A stretch of DNA of 64,000 nt, taken from Escherichia coli. Its GTDB lineage: Bacteria; Pseudomonadota; Gammaproteobacteria; Enterobacterales; Enterobacteriaceae. Positions 53,334 through 64,000 of the stretch are shown here, one piece after another. The notes beneath the pieces were generated by a model. It was not told the origin of the DNA. It was given only the letters and a program-made list of their open reading frames with translations, and did not search any database. How positions within the stretch are numbered: the first letter of the stretch is position 1; the number at the start of each line of letters is the position of its first letter. Location of the stretch: NCBI RefSeq assembly GCF_003018255.1, contig NZ_CP027440.1. One strand, given 5' to 3'. The translations under genes were made by a program, and so were the position numbers.

Positions 53334-55229
53334 ATGGCAGGGATATATCGCTGCATTTTGCTGTTGATAGTTGGGCTTTTTTTCTCTTCGTTGAGTTATC
53401 CGAAAAACACGGAGATCCCTTTTTATGAAGAAGGGATCTCGCTCTTTGATGTTGAAGCCACTCTGCAACTGGATGGGGTGCTCGACATCAAAGAAAATAT
53501 TCATTTTCAGGCGCGAAATCAGCAGATTAAGCATGGATTTTATCGTGATTTACCACGACTCTGGATGCAGCCTGATGGGGACGCTGCACTGCTGAACTAT
53601 CATATTGTTGGCGTCACCCGTGATGGTGTTCCTGAACCCTGGCATCTTGACTGGCATATCGGTTTAATGAGTATCGTCGTGGGCGATAAACAACGTTTCT
53701 TGCCTCAAGGTGACTATCATTATCAAATTCATTATCAGGTTAAAAATGCTTTCCTGCGTGAGGGAGATTCTGATCTGTTAATCTGGAACGTGACCGGTAA
53801 CAAGTGGCCGTTTGAAATCTATAAGACCCGATTTTCTCTCCAGTTGCCTGATATTGCGGGTAATCCATTTAGCGAAATTGATCTCTTTACTGGAGAAGAG
53901 GGCGACACATATCGAAATGGCCGCATCCTTGAGGACGGAAGAATTGAATCCCGCGATCCGTTTTATCGTGAAGACTTCACGGTCCTCTATCGCTGGCCTC
54001 ACGCTTTACTTGGTAATGCCCCGGCACCACAAACGACGAATATTTTCAGCCATCTTCTTTTACCCTCCACGTCATCGTTGTTAATTTGGTTTCCGTGTCT
54101 ATTCCTGGTTTGTGGATGGTTATATCTCTGGAAGCGCAGGCCGCAATTTACGCCGGTAGATGTGATTGAAACCGATGTCATTCCGCCAGATTACACGCCC
54201 GGCATGTTACGTCTCGATGCGAAGCTGGTTTACGACGATAAAGGTTTTTGTGCCGATATCGTAAATCTGATTGTGAAAGGAAAAGTTCATCTGGAAGATC
54301 AGTATGACAAGAACCAGCAAATCCTGATTCGTGTTAATGAAGGCGCGACCAGAAATAATGCGGTATTACTGCCCGCAGAGCAGTTATTACTGGAAGCGTT
54401 ATTTCGTAAAGGCGATAAGGTCGTTCTTACGGGGAGACGCAACAGAGTCTTACGCAGTGCATTTTTACGGATGCAGAAATTTTATCTGCCGCGTAAAAAG
54501 TCTTCGTTTTACCGACCTGATACGTTTTTGCAATGGGGCGGAATGGCAATATTGGCGGTCATTCTCTACGGTAACCTGAGTCCCGTAGGCTGGGCAGGAA
54601 TGAGTCTGGTGGGCGATATGTTTATTATGATCTGCTGGCTTCTTCCTTTTTTATTTTGTTCCCTTGAGCTTTTGTTTGCCCGCGATGATGACAAGCCTTG
54701 CGTTAATCGTGTAATCATCACTTTGTTTTTACCACTGATTTGTTCAGGTGTGGCCTTCTATTCTCTCTATATCAATGTCGGAGATGTATTCTTTTACTGG
54801 TATATGCCAGCGGGTTATTTTAGCGCTGTTTTCCTGACCGGTTATCTCACTGGCATAGGGTATATTTTTCTGCCAAAGTTTACCCAAACTGGGCAGCAAC
54901 GTTATGCCCACGGTGAAGCTATCGTTAACTATCTTGCGCGTAAAGAGGCGGCAACACACAGTGGGCGGCGGCGGAAAGGGGAAACACGGAAACTGGATTA
55001 CGCGTTGTTAGGTTGGGCGGTCTCGGCAAACCTTGGCAGAGAATGGGCAGCACGTATCACCCCATCACTCACAGCGGCTGTTAGCGACCCGGAAATTGCC
55101 CGTAGTGGCGTTTTATTCTCATTGCAGACGCACCTGAGTTGCGGGGCCTATACCAGTTTGTTGGGGCGGAGCTATTCCGGTGGTGGTGCTGGTGGCGGTG
55201 CAGGTGGCGGAGGCGGCGGTGGCTGGTAA
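53334..55229 (+). CDS. yciQ: YciQ (DUF2207 membrane protein)
   Basis: 631 aa with a Gly-rich C-terminus; synteny with yciO/rluB. Confidence 0.9.
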   Translation: MAGIYRCILLLIVGLFFSSLSYPKNTEIPFYEEGISLFDVEATLQLDGVLDIKENIHFQARNQQIKHGFYRDLPRLWMQPDGDAALLNYHIVGVTRDGVPEPWHLDWHIGLMSIVVGDKQRFLPQGDYHYQIHYQVKNAFLREGDSDLLIWNVTGNKWPFEIYKTRFSLQLPDIAGNPFSEIDLFTGEEGDTYRNGRILEDGRIESRDPFYREDFTVLYRWPHALLGNAPAPQTTNIFSHLLLPSTSSLLIWFPCLFLVCGWLYLWKRRPQFTPVDVIETDVIPPDYTPGMLRLDAKLVYDDKGFCADIVNLIVKGKVHLEDQYDKNQQILIRVNEGATRNNAVLLPAEQLLLEALFRKGDKVVLTGRRNRVLRSAFLRMQKFYLPRKKSSFYRPDTFLQWGGMAILAVILYGNLSPVGWAGMSLVGDMFIMICWLLPFLFCSLELLFARDDDKPCVNRVIITLFLPLICSGVAFYSLYINVGDVFFYWYMPAGYFSAVFLTGYLTGIGYIFLPKFTQTGQQRYAHGEAIVNYLARKEAATHSGRRRKGETRKLDYALLGWAVSANLGREWAARITPSLTAAVSDPEIARSGVLFSLQTHLSCGAYTSLLGRSYSGGGAGGGAGGGGGGGW

Positions 55230-55439
55230 TCAAGCTGATGTTAATCGAAACAAGCTTTAACCATAAAGATAGTGTAGTATGTTGCGCCTCAAAGCCAGGC
55301 CGATAAACGTCGAGTCGTTTACTTAAGGCCTGAAGAGTTCAAACAGACTTTACTATCAGTGAGTCAGATGTAGGTTCTGACTCACTGTTGCACAAAAGCA
55401 TATCAGACGCCTGGGAAGGCGACACCAAAAGGAAGCTCT

Positions 55440-56315
55440 ATGAGCGAAAAGCTACAGAAAGTGCTGGCGCGTGCCGGCCACGGTTCTCGCCGTGAAATCG
55501 AATCTATTATTGAAGCCGGTCGTGTGAGTGTTGATGGCAAAATTGCTAAACTCGGCGATCGTGTTGAAATTACCCCTGGATTGAAAATCCGTATCGATGG
55601 TCACCTGATTTCGGTACGTGAGTCCGCTGAACAAATTTGTCGCGTTCTGGCCTATTACAAACCGGAAGGTGAGTTGTGTACCCGTAACGATCCGGAAGGG
55701 CGTCCAACGGTGTTTGACCGTCTGCCAAAGCTGCGTGGCGCACGCTGGATTGCCGTAGGTCGTCTGGACGTTAACACCTGTGGTCTGCTGCTGTTCACCA
55801 CCGACGGTGAACTGGCAAACCGTTTAATGCATCCAAGCCGTGAAGTTGAACGTGAATATGCCGTGCGTGTATTTGGTCAGGTTGACGACGCGAAACTGCG
55901 TGATTTGAGTCGTGGCGTGCAGCTGGAAGATGGTCCGGCAGCCTTTAAAACCATCAAGTTCAGCGGCGGCGAAGGGATCAACCAGTGGTACAACGTAACT
56001 CTGACCGAAGGCCGTAACCGTGAAGTTCGTCGTCTTTGGGAAGCGGTTGGTGTGCAGGTAAGCCGCCTGATCCGTGTTCGTTACGGTGATATCCCACTGC
56101 CGAAAGGTCTGCCACGCGGTGGCTGGACGGAGCTGGATCTCGCCCAGACTAACTATCTGCGCGAACTGGTGGAGCTACCGCCAGAAACCAGCTCTAAAGT
56201 CGCTGTAGAAAAAGACCGTCGTCGTATGAAGGCGAATCAGATTCGTCGAGCGGTTAAGCGTCACAGTCAGGTGAGCGGCGGTCGTCGTTCTGGCGGACGT
56301 AATAATAACGGTTAA
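55440..56315 (+). CDS. rluB: 23S rRNA pseudouridine-2605 synthase
   Basis: 291 aa, [33 protein letters not shown]... Confidence 0.97.
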   Translation: MSEKLQKVLARAGHGSRREIESIIEAGRVSVDGKIAKLGDRVEITPGLKIRIDGHLISVRESAEQICRVLAYYKPEGELCTRNDPEGRPTVFDRLPKLRGARWIAVGRLDVNTCGLLLFTTDGELANRLMHPSREVEREYAVRVFGQVDDAKLRDLSRGVQLEDGPAAFKTIKFSGGEGINQWYNVTLTEGRNREVRRLWEAVGVQVSRLIRVRYGDIPLPKGLPRGGWTELDLAQTNYLRELVELPPETSSKVAVEKDRRRMKANQIRRAVKRHSQVSGGRRSGGRNNNG

Positions 56316-56337
56316 TTTAAGATAAGTATAAAATAAA

Positions 56338-56356
56338 GGCCCTGCGGGGCCTTTTC
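56338..56356 (+). terminator. rluB terminator
   Basis: GGCCC-TGCG-GGGCC hairpin followed by TTTT. Confidence 0.7.
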
Positions 56357-56484
56357 TTCATTTGAAGCATGATAAATAGTCGCAGTATTTTAATTTAATT
56401 TCATACTTGCTTATGAATAATACCCGGAAATAGCCACATTACTATTTAATTATCTGAGATAAACTCAACGTCAAGAGGTGGGTT

Positions 56485-57486
56485 ATGATTAGATATAGTG
56501 GAATATTTCTATCGCTGTTAATGCTTTCAGGTTGTGCAACCGAAGCATTGAAAAACGAACAAGCTGAAACTGTTATTACTGCGGGTAACAAAGCAGTAGC
56601 GGCGAATGCAAGTTTCTTTAAACAATACTATGCTTCTCGTGAAAACTTCCTTGTTAATTTCTACGCGACTAATCCGGATTGTGCCCTGCGACCTGATTAT
56701 ACCATTGATATAGGCGGTGATGGGAATGGCGGAAAATTATGCCAGCGTTCAGGGCCAAATACAAAACAAGTACAATTAGTCCCTTTCGAGAAAGAAAAAT
56801 TACTGGCTTCAATGGAAGTCATTAATAGCATGAGCGCTTATGTGGAACTTCTGACAAAGGATATGGCAACTACGGAAAGTCAGCAAGTGGCATTACTTAA
56901 ACAGGCTCTGGATCACGCAAACAACGCACAAACACTACTTGGTGTTTCACATAGCAAAGATTTAGCTCAATCTGCAGCAGCGGTTAAAGATTTGGTAAAT
57001 TATTTCAATGAGTTATATATAATTAAAGTCAATTCTGGAAAAATAGGCAAAACGGTAGATGAAAACTGGGTAAGACTTATAAAAAACATGACTGTTTTGC
57101 GTAATGATATTTATACAAAAGGCGATAAGATTGAAAATTATACCTTTGCGAATGTACATAATAATATGATTTATTATAATGCGGTATCTAAAAACTCTAA
57201 GAATACAGAGTTTAACACTCTGAAAAACAGGAAGGAGTTTCTAAGTTCAGTAATCAATGTGAATGAAACCAGACTACAGGCATCGGCACCTGCCATGCCT
57301 GCGATTGAGGCTTTGAATGCCTTTATAGATAAGGGTGATTATCTGAAAAGCTTATACGTTAATAAAACACGCACGGCAGCTGAACAAAAAAGATTAAATG
57401 AAATATTACGCGCACAGGTCATTAGTGGGTTAAAGGCGTCTGAGGGGCTGGCAAAATTACTTATTGCCAGCGGAATAATGTTATAG
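56485..57486 (+). CDS. hypothetical lipoprotein (islet gene 1)
   Basis: 333 aa. Lipobox LLMLSG|C. Asn/Lys-rich and strongly AT-rich. No family recognised. As far as I recall, absent from K-12 between rluB and btuR. Confidence 0.65.
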   Translation: MIRYSGIFLSLLMLSGCATEALKNEQAETVITAGNKAVAANASFFKQYYASRENFLVNFYATNPDCALRPDYTIDIGGDGNGGKLCQRSGPNTKQVQLVPFEKEKLLASMEVINSMSAYVELLTKDMATTESQQVALLKQALDHANNAQTLLGVSHSKDLAQSAAAVKDLVNYFNELYIIKVNSGKIGKTVDENWVRLIKNMTVLRNDIYTKGDKIENYTFANVHNNMIYYNAVSKNSKNTEFNTLKNRKEFLSSVINVNETRLQASAPAMPAIEALNAFIDKGDYLKSLYVNKTRTAAEQKRLNEILRAQVISGLKASEGLAKLLIASGIML

Positions 57487-57496
57487 GAGGCTTTTT

Positions 57497-57805
57497 ATGA
57501 ACGATGTGCAAAACCGTAGAATACTGGCATTACTTGATATGCTGTATAATACTTTGGGTAATAAAACCACATGTAATGTTTGTCATAAATATTTTATCCT
57601 TATCCTCACGGTGATGAACAATCTGACGATTAACTACGGTACTGAAACTTCGCCAGAGTTAAGCGGAATCAGTTATGAAGATGCCAATGCGTTAATTACT
57701 GAACTGATATTATTTATTGAAGATGTTGACGCTGAGAATCATGAAGCATATCAGGGACATTTGAATGAGATTACACGTATTCTGAATTTCGCTATTGCCG
57801 CTTGA
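57497..57805 (+). CDS. hypothetical 102-aa protein (islet gene 2)
   Basis: SD AGGAGG; starts 10 nt after gene 1. No family recognised. Confidence 0.55.
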   Translation: MNDVQNRRILALLDMLYNTLGNKTTCNVCHKYFILILTVMNNLTINYGTETSPELSGISYEDANALITELILFIEDVDAENHEAYQGHLNEITRILNFAIAA

Positions 57806-57819
57806 ATATAATCATGATT

Positions 57820-57853
57820 AAAGCACCTCAAGAGGCTTCTTTTGAGGTGCTTT
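57820..57853. terminator. bidirectional terminator between the islet and btuR
   Basis: AAGCACCTCAA-gaggcttctt-TTGAGGTGCTT hairpin, flanked by A/T runs. Confidence 0.7.
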
Positions 57854-57856
57854 CAC

Positions 57857-58447
57857 TTAGTAGTCAATCCCTATCTGCGCTTTTACACCGGCATCAAACG
57901 CATGTTTCACGGGGCGTAATTCACTCACCGTATCCGCCAGTTCAAGAATATCCCGATGACAGCCTCGACCCGTGATAATCACCGTCTGTTGATGTGGACG
58001 TTCATTTAACGCCTGCACCACTTCTTCCAGTGGCAAATAGTCATACGCCACCATATACGTCAGTTCATCGAGCAAAACCATATCCAGTGAAGGATCGGCC
58101 AGCATTCGTTTGGCATGTTGCCAGACTTCACGGCAGGCCGCGGTATCAGATTCGCGATTTTGTGTATCCCAGGTAAAGCCCGTTGCCATCACCTGAAACT
58201 CAACGCCATGTGGCTCCAGTAGATTGCGCTCGCCATTAGGCCAGGTGCCTTTAATAAACTGCACGATACCCACTTTTTTGCCATGGCCTACTGCACGAGT
58301 TGCCGTACCAAATGCCGCGGTGGTTTTGCCTTTTCCATTGCCGGTAAAGACGATGATAATACCGCGCTCATCCTGGGCCTGGGCCACACGAGCATCGACT
58401 TTTTCTTTCACTCGCTGCTGACGCTGTTGGTAGCGTTCATCACTCAT
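57857..58447 (-). CDS. btuR: cob(I)yrinic acid a,c-diamide adenosyltransferase
   Basis: 196 aa, MSDERYQQRQQRVKEKVDARVAQAQDERGIIIVFTGNGKGKTTAAFG... Confidence 0.95.
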   Translation of the reverse strand: MSDERYQQRQQRVKEKVDARVAQAQDERGIIIVFTGNGKGKTTAAFGTATRAVGHGKKVGIVQFIKGTWPNGERNLLEPHGVEFQVMATGFTWDTQNRESDTAACREVWQHAKRMLADPSLDMVLLDELTYMVAYDYLPLEEVVQALNERPHQQTVIITGRGCHRDILELADTVSELRPVKHAFDAGVKAQIGIDY

Positions 58448-59202
58448 TGGGAAATTCCTGGTTTACGGCCCGGTTGGGCGTCAAAGGTCATGCCGGTTTT
58501 ACGGCGGCTGTCATCGCCCATCAGCCAGAGGTAGAGCGGCATGATATCAGCGGGTGTTTTAAGTTTCTGTGGATCTTCGGTCGGGAAGGCGCTGGCACGC
58601 ATTGCGGTGCGCGTACCGCCTGGGTTAATGCAGTTGACGCGCAGGCGCTGCTGATATTCATCGGCCAGTACCTGCATCATCCCTTCGGTGGCAAATTTCG
58701 ACGCTGCATATGCGCCCCAGTTGGCTCGTCCCTGACGTCCAACGCTTGATGAAGTAAAGACCAGTGAACCGGCGTCCGATTTGAGTAATAAAGGAAGCAG
58801 TGCCTGGGTGAGCATAAAGGTGGCATTAACGTTGACCTGCATGACGTCCTGCCAGACCTGCGGATTTTGTTCGCTCATAGGGCAAACATCGCCGAGCAAT
58901 CCGGCATTATGCAAAACACCATCCAGACGCGGATAATTAACGGCAATGCGCTGTGCCAGTTGTTGGCAATCTTCGGACGTGCAGGTCAGCAAATCGAGAA
59001 TAAACCACTGTGGCTGACGTCCAGTTTCTTCGTTTATGTGGCTGGCTACCTGACGTAATTTTTCTTCATTACGGCCCAACAGAATCACTGTCGCACCATA
59101 GCGTGCATACGTCATCGCGGCTTCACGGCCAATACCATCGCTGGCTCCCGTCACCAGGATAATGCGATCATTGAGTAAATCTTGTTTTGGCTGGTAATGC
59201 AT
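58444..59202 (-). CDS. yciK: short-chain dehydrogenase/reductase YciK
   Basis: 252 aa. SDR motifs TGASDGIG and YAASK. 4-nt overlap with btuR. Confidence 0.95.
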   Translation of the reverse strand: MHYQPKQDLLNDRIILVTGASDGIGREAAMTYARYGATVILLGRNEEKLRQVASHINEETGRQPQWFILDLLTCTSEDCQQLAQRIAVNYPRLDGVLHNAGLLGDVCPMSEQNPQVWQDVMQVNVNATFMLTQALLPLLLKSDAGSLVFTSSSVGRQGRANWGAYAASKFATEGMMQVLADEYQQRLRVNCINPGGTRTAMRASAFPTEDPQKLKTPADIMPLYLWLMGDDSRRKTGMTFDAQPGRKPGISQ

Positions 59203-59421
59203 GGCTACTCCTCAACGACGTTGTCTGTCGCGCTGCCAGTGTACTTTATGACTTTGGGGCTTTATGCCTGAAACAGAAGGGCATTTCAATCAGCCTGGGG
59301 CGATAACACCGCAAAATGGATACTTTGTCATACTTTCGCTGCAATAACATCTCTGCGAGACGGCTTAACATGCCTGTTGTAAACTGTGAGCCAAAGCGTT
59401 GTTTAACCAAGGTGGGGACTC

Positions 59422-60471
59422 GTGGAATTGTTGTCTGAATATGGTTTGTTTTTGGCGAAAATCGTTACCGTTGTGCTAGCGATTGCGGCGATTGCCGCCA
59501 TTATTGTCAATGTTGCTCAACGTAATAAACGCCAGCGTGGCGAGTTACGGGTCAACAATCTCAGCGAACAGTATAAGGAGATGAAAGAAGAACTGGCCGC
59601 GGCGCTGATGGACACTCATCAGCAAAAACAGTGGCATAAAGCGCAGAAGAAAAAGCACAAGCAAGAAGCGAAAGCAGCAAAAGCGAAAGCCAAACTGGGC
59701 GAGGTGGCAACTGACAGTAAACCCCGCGTCTGGGTGCTGGATTTTAAAGGCAGCATGGACGCCCATGAAGTGAACTCGCTACGTGAAGAGATAACGGCGG
59801 TACTCGCAGCATTCAAACCGCAGGATCAGGTTGTGCTACGTCTGGAAAGCCCTGGTGGCATGGTGCATGGTTACGGGTTGGCGGCTTCGCAGTTGCAGCG
59901 TCTGCGTGATAAAAACATTCCTTTAACTGTTACGGTAGACAAAGTCGCTGCCAGCGGCGGTTACATGATGGCCTGTGTGGCGGACAAAATTGTTTCCGCA
60001 CCGTTTGCTATTGTGGGTTCCATTGGCGTGGTGGCGCAAATGCCCAACTTTAACCGCTTCCTGAAAAGCAAAGATATTGATATCGAACTGCACACCGCTG
60101 GGCAGTATAAGCGCACGCTGACCTTGCTGGGTGAAAACACCGAAGAAGGGCGGGAGAAATTCCGCGAAGAGCTGAACGAAACGCATCAGTTATTTAAAGA
60201 TTTTGTGAAGCGTATGCGTCCGTCTCTGAATATTGATCAGGTGGCAACGGGTGAACACTGGTACGGACAACAGGCGGTAGAGAAAGGCTTGGTTGATGAA
60301 ATCAACACCAGTGATGAAGTTATTCTTAGCCTGATGGAAGGCCGTGAAGTGGTCAATGTACGCTATATGCAGCGTAAACGACTCATTGACCGATTCACCG
60401 GCAGCGCGGCAGAGAGCGCCGATCGATTGTTGTTACGCTGGTGGCAGCGGGGGCAAAAGCCATTGATGTAA
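59422..60471 (+). CDS. sohB: S49-family periplasmic protease SohB
   Basis: 349 aa, GTG start, (M)ELLSEYGLFLAKIVTVVLAIAA... Confidence 0.95.
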   Translation: MELLSEYGLFLAKIVTVVLAIAAIAAIIVNVAQRNKRQRGELRVNNLSEQYKEMKEELAAALMDTHQQKQWHKAQKKKHKQEAKAAKAKAKLGEVATDSKPRVWVLDFKGSMDAHEVNSLREEITAVLAAFKPQDQVVLRLESPGGMVHGYGLAASQLQRLRDKNIPLTVTVDKVAASGGYMMACVADKIVSAPFAIVGSIGVVAQMPNFNRFLKSKDIDIELHTAGQYKRTLTLLGENTEEGREKFREELNETHQLFKDFVKRMRPSLNIDQVATGEHWYGQQAVEKGLVDEINTSDEVILSLMEGREVVNVRYMQRKRLIDRFTGSAAESADRLLLRWWQRGQKPLM

Positions 60472-60506
60472 AAGACAAACGCGAGGGTAAGACCTCGCGT
60501 TTTGCT

Positions 60507-60758
60507 TTAATCAACCAGGTGATATTTTTCTGAAAGCACATGGGCCAGGTGTTTGAACATATTAAACACCGCGGTGCTTTTGGCTGTTGGCAATCCTTGT
60601 TCATCTAAAAAGTAGTCGCCGGTAAATACCAGCACGCCATTACGCTGCGTGACGCCGGTGGCTTCAATCCCTGCGAGCGTATCCTCATGCTCACGAATGA
60701 TTTTGTTGGCCTCTTTCAACAGCGTCTCGCGGTCGATGGGTTGTGTCTCTTTGTTCAT
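60507..60758 (-). CDS. yciN: YciN (DUF2498)
   Basis: 83 aa, [32 protein letters not shown]... Confidence 0.95.
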
Positions 60759-61137
60759 TATTTACTCCTTAAACAAGGACATTAGTCTACGCCAGGCATG
60801 GCTTGCAGACAAATATACCACGCTGGTGGCAAGAGCGCCTTACTGGCAACTTTGGATTTTGCATGCTAATAAAGTTGCGTATCGGATTTTATCAGGTACA
60901 GTGTGACGCTTTCGTCAATCTGGCAATAGATTTGCTTGACATTCGACCAAAATTCCGTCGTGCTATAGCGCCTGTAGGCCAAGACCTGTTAACTCAGTCA
61001 CCTGAATTTTCGTGAACAGAGTCACGACAAGGGGTTGATATCCGCAGAGAGCGAGTCCATATCGGTAACTCGTTGCCAGTGGAAGGTTTATCAACGTGCG
61101 ACGCATTCCTGGAAGAATCAAATTAGGTAAGGTGAAT

Positions 61138-63735
61138 ATGGGTAAAGCTCTTGTCATCGTTGAGTCCCCGGCAAAAGCCAAAACGATCAACAAGTATCTG
61201 GGTAGTGACTACGTGGTGAAATCCAGCGTCGGTCACATCCGCGATTTGCCGACCAGTGGCTCAGCTGCCAAAAAGAGTGCCGACTCTACCTCCACCAAGA
61301 CGGCTAAAAAGCCTAAAAAGGATGAACGTGGCGCTCTCGTCAACCGTATGGGGGTTGACCCGTGGCACAATTGGGAGGCGCACTATGAAGTGTTGCCTGG
61401 TAAAGAGAAGGTCGTCTCTGAACTGAAACAACTGGCTGAAAAAGCCGACCACATCTATCTCGCAACCGACCTTGACCGCGAAGGGGAAGCCATTGCATGG
61501 CACCTGCGGGAAGTGATTGGTGGTGATGATGCGCGCTATAGCCGAGTGGTGTTTAACGAAATTACTAAAAACGCGATCCGCCAGGCATTTAACAAACCGG
61601 GTGAGCTGAATATTGATCGTGTTAATGCCCAGCAGGCGCGTCGCTTTATGGACCGCGTGGTGGGGTATATGGTTTCGCCGCTTCTATGGAAAAAGATCGC
61701 TCGTGGTCTGTCTGCCGGTCGTGTGCAGTCGGTGGCGGTCCGCCTGGTGGTCGAGCGTGAGCGTGAAATTAAAGCGTTCGTACCGGAAGAGTTCTGGGAA
61801 GTCGATGCCAGCACGACCACGCCATCTGGTGAAGCGTTGGCGTTGCAGGTGACTCATCAGAACGACAAACCGTTCCGTCCGGTCAACAAAGAACAAACTC
61901 AGGCTGCGGTAAGTCTGCTGGAAAAAGCGCGCTACAGCGTGCTGGAACGTGAAGACAAACCGACAACCAGTAAACCTGGCGCTCCTTTTATTACCTCTAC
62001 GCTGCAACAAGCTGCCAGCACCCGTCTTGGTTTTGGCGTGAAAAAAACCATGATGATGGCGCAGCGTTTGTATGAAGCAGGCTATATCACTTACATGCGT
62101 ACCGACTCCACCAACCTGAGTCAGGACGCGGTAAATATGGTTCGCGGTTATATCAGCGATAATTTTGGTAAGAAATATCTGCCGGAAAGTCCGAATCAGT
62201 ACGCCAGCAAAGAAAACTCACAGGAAGCGCACGAAGCGATTCGTCCTTCTGACGTCAATGTGATGGCGGAATCGTTGAAGGATATGGAAGCAGATGCGCA
62301 GAAACTGTACCAGTTAATCTGGCGTCAGTTCGTAGCCTGCCAGATGACCCCAGCGAAATATGACTCCACGACGCTGACCGTTGGTGCGGGCGATTTCCGC
62401 CTGAAAGCACGCGGTCGTATTTTGCGCTTTGATGGCTGGACGAAAGTGATGCCTGCACTGCGTAAAGGCGATGAAGATCGTATCTTACCGGCAGTCGATA
62501 AAGGCGATGCTCTGACGCTCGTTGAACTGACACCAGCTCAGCACTTTACTAAGCCGCCAGCCCGTTTCAGTGAAGCATCGCTGGTTAAAGAACTGGAAAA
62601 ACGTGGTATCGGTCGTCCGTCTACCTATGCGTCGATCATTTCGACCATTCAGGATCGTGGCTATGTGCGAGTAGAAAATCGTCGTTTCTATGCGGAAAAA
62701 ATGGGCGAAATCGTCACCGATCGCCTTGAAGAAAATTTCCGTGAGTTAATGAACTACGACTTCACCGCGCAGATGGAAAACAGCCTCGACCAGGTGGCAA
62801 ATCACGAAGCAGAGTGGAAAACTGTACTGGATCACTTCTTCTCGGATTTCACCCAGCAGTTAGATAAAGCTGAAAAAGATCCGGAAGAGGGTGGTATGCG
62901 CCCGAACCAGATGGTTCTGACCAGCATTGACTGCCCGACTTGTGGTCGCAAAATGGGGATTCGCACAGCGAGCACCGGGGTATTCCTTGGCTGTTCTGGC
63001 TATGCGCTGCCGCCGAAAGAGCGTTGCAAAACCACCATTAACCTGGTGCCGGAAAACGAAGTGCTGAACGTGCTGGAAGGCGAAGACGCTGAAACCAATG
63101 CGCTGCGCGCAAAACGTCGTTGCCCGAAATGCGGCACGGCGATGGACAGCTATCTCATCGATCCGAAACGTAAGTTGCATGTCTGTGGTAATAACCCAAC
63201 CTGCGACGGTTACGAGATCGAAGAGGGCGAATTCCGCATTAAAGGTTATGACGGCCCGATCGTTGAGTGTGAAAAATGTGGCTCTGAAATGCACCTGAAA
63301 ATGGGGCGTTTCGGTAAATACATGGCCTGCACTAACGAAGAGTGTAAAAACACACGTAAGATTTTACGTAACGGCGAAGTGGCACCACCGAAGGAAGATC
63401 CGGTGCCATTACCGGAGCTGCCGTGCGAAAAATCAGATGCCTATTTCGTGCTGCGTGACGGTGCTGCCGGTGTGTTCCTGGCGGCCAATACCTTCCCGAA
63501 ATCGCGTGAAACACGTGCGCCATTGGTGGAAGAACTTTATCGCTTCCGCGACCGTCTGCCGGAAAAACTGCGTTATCTGGCCGATGCGCCACAGCAGGAT
63601 CCGGAAGGTAATAAGACCATGGTTCGCTTTAGCCGTAAAACCAAACAGCAATATGTCTCTTCGGAAAAAGACGGAAAGGCGACTGGCTGGTCAGCATTTT
63701 ATGTTGATGGCAAATGGGTTGAAGGGAAAAAATAA
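61138..63735 (+). CDS. topA: DNA topoisomerase I
   Basis: 865 aa from the internal ATG ([22 protein letters not shown]...). C-terminal zinc-ribbon repeats. Confidence 0.98.
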   Translation: MGKALVIVESPAKAKTINKYLGSDYVVKSSVGHIRDLPTSGSAAKKSADSTSTKTAKKPKKDERGALVNRMGVDPWHNWEAHYEVLPGKEKVVSELKQLAEKADHIYLATDLDREGEAIAWHLREVIGGDDARYSRVVFNEITKNAIRQAFNKPGELNIDRVNAQQARRFMDRVVGYMVSPLLWKKIARGLSAGRVQSVAVRLVVEREREIKAFVPEEFWEVDASTTTPSGEALALQVTHQNDKPFRPVNKEQTQAAVSLLEKARYSVLEREDKPTTSKPGAPFITSTLQQAASTRLGFGVKKTMMMAQRLYEAGYITYMRTDSTNLSQDAVNMVRGYISDNFGKKYLPESPNQYASKENSQEAHEAIRPSDVNVMAESLKDMEADAQKLYQLIWRQFVACQMTPAKYDSTTLTVGAGDFRLKARGRILRFDGWTKVMPALRKGDEDRILPAVDKGDALTLVELTPAQHFTKPPARFSEASLVKELEKRGIGRPSTYASIISTIQDRGYVRVENRRFYAEKMGEIVTDRLEENFRELMNYDFTAQMENSLDQVANHEAEWKTVLDHFFSDFTQQLDKAEKDPEEGGMRPNQMVLTSIDCPTCGRKMGIRTASTGVFLGCSGYALPPKERCKTTINLVPENEVLNVLEGEDAETNALRAKRRCPKCGTAMDSYLIDPKRKLHVCGNNPTCDGYEIEEGEFRIKGYDGPIVECEKCGSEMHLKMGRFGKYMACTNEECKNTRKILRNGEVAPPKEDPVPLPELPCEKSDAYFVLRDGAAGVFLAANTFPKSRETRAPLVEELYRFRDRLPEKLRYLADAPQQDPEGNKTMVRFSRKTKQQYVSSEKDGKATGWSAFYVDGKWVEGKK

Positions 63736-63944
63736 CCTTTAATTCTGTCAGGTTTTTATAAACAAAGGGTCGCGAAAGCGGCCCTTTTTTATTGCATATT
63801 ATTTTTTCTTCACACCTATACACTAAGGCTATAAATGATATAGTGGTTATAGTTAGCACCTTTTTTATTATTAAATCGTATTAGTCACCCGCCAGGTGTG
63901 ACGAAAAAACGATGTTCTGATGGCGTCTAAGTGGATGGTTTAAC

Positions 63945-64000
63945 ATGAAATTACAACAACTTCGCTATATTGTTGAGGTGGTCAATCATAACCTGAATGT
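63945..64000 (+). CDS. cysB: LysR-family regulator CysB (5' end only)
   Basis: MKLQQLRYIVEVVNHNLNV...; runs off the window. Confidence 0.9.
   Translation, partial: MKLQQLRYIVEVVNHNLN

Noticed and set aside
55170-55229. Poly-Gly/Ala tail of yciQ as a possible frameshift or repeat artefact
   Set aside because: The Gly-rich C-terminus (GGGAGGGAGGGGGGGW) is, as I recall, the normal end of YciQ and terminates at a proper stop codon.

Overview
This 64-kb window comes from an Escherichia coli-type chromosome. Bases 1 to ~43130 are the right ~43 kb of a lambdoid prophage. Its order is nin region, RusA, Q, a ~9-kb moron-rich Q-to-holin interval, a pinholin / SAR-endolysin / Rz-Rz1 lysis cassette, HNH + TerS/TerL, an HK97-type protease-capsid fusion, portal and connectors, lambda-type tail genes (major tail, G/GT, H, M, L, K, I, J), a collagen-like side tail fibre, and right-arm accessory genes. 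The prophage sits inside ompW; only the last 38 ompW codons remain, at 43131-43247. Bases ~43250-64000 are conserved core genome: yciE-yciF-yciG, trpABCDE-trpL with promoter/operator/attenuator, yciV, yciO, yciQ, rluB, an AT-rich two-gene islet, btuR, yciK, sohB, yciN, topA and the start of cysB. The most interesting content is non-coding or below the ORF-track cutoff. (1) A ~250-bp unit occurs five times (one solitary copy, four in tandem). Each copy encodes a cloverleaf-like structured RNA whose closing stem shows compensatory changes, and each ends in an intrinsic terminator. (2) Two copies of a promoter-to-terminator minus-strand small-RNA candidate flank those units. (3) A P1 immI-like C4 antisense-RNA switch, with a1/b1 and a2/b2 target sites, precedes an ORF6N antirepressor-like gene at the prophage right end. 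(4) Four ~220-bp repeats fill the normally empty I-J junction, each ending in a minus-strand terminator. (5) A hok/sok-like type I toxin locus lies between J and the tail fibre. Protein-level oddities are two moron lipoproteins carrying the C-terminal domains of TolA and TonB, a porin gene inserted between tail genes M and L, a two-gene convergent cassette splitting holin from endolysin, and a portal with a ~440-aa repeat-bearing C-terminal extension. All family assignments rest on reading the sequence and on remembered homologues. No database search was run.
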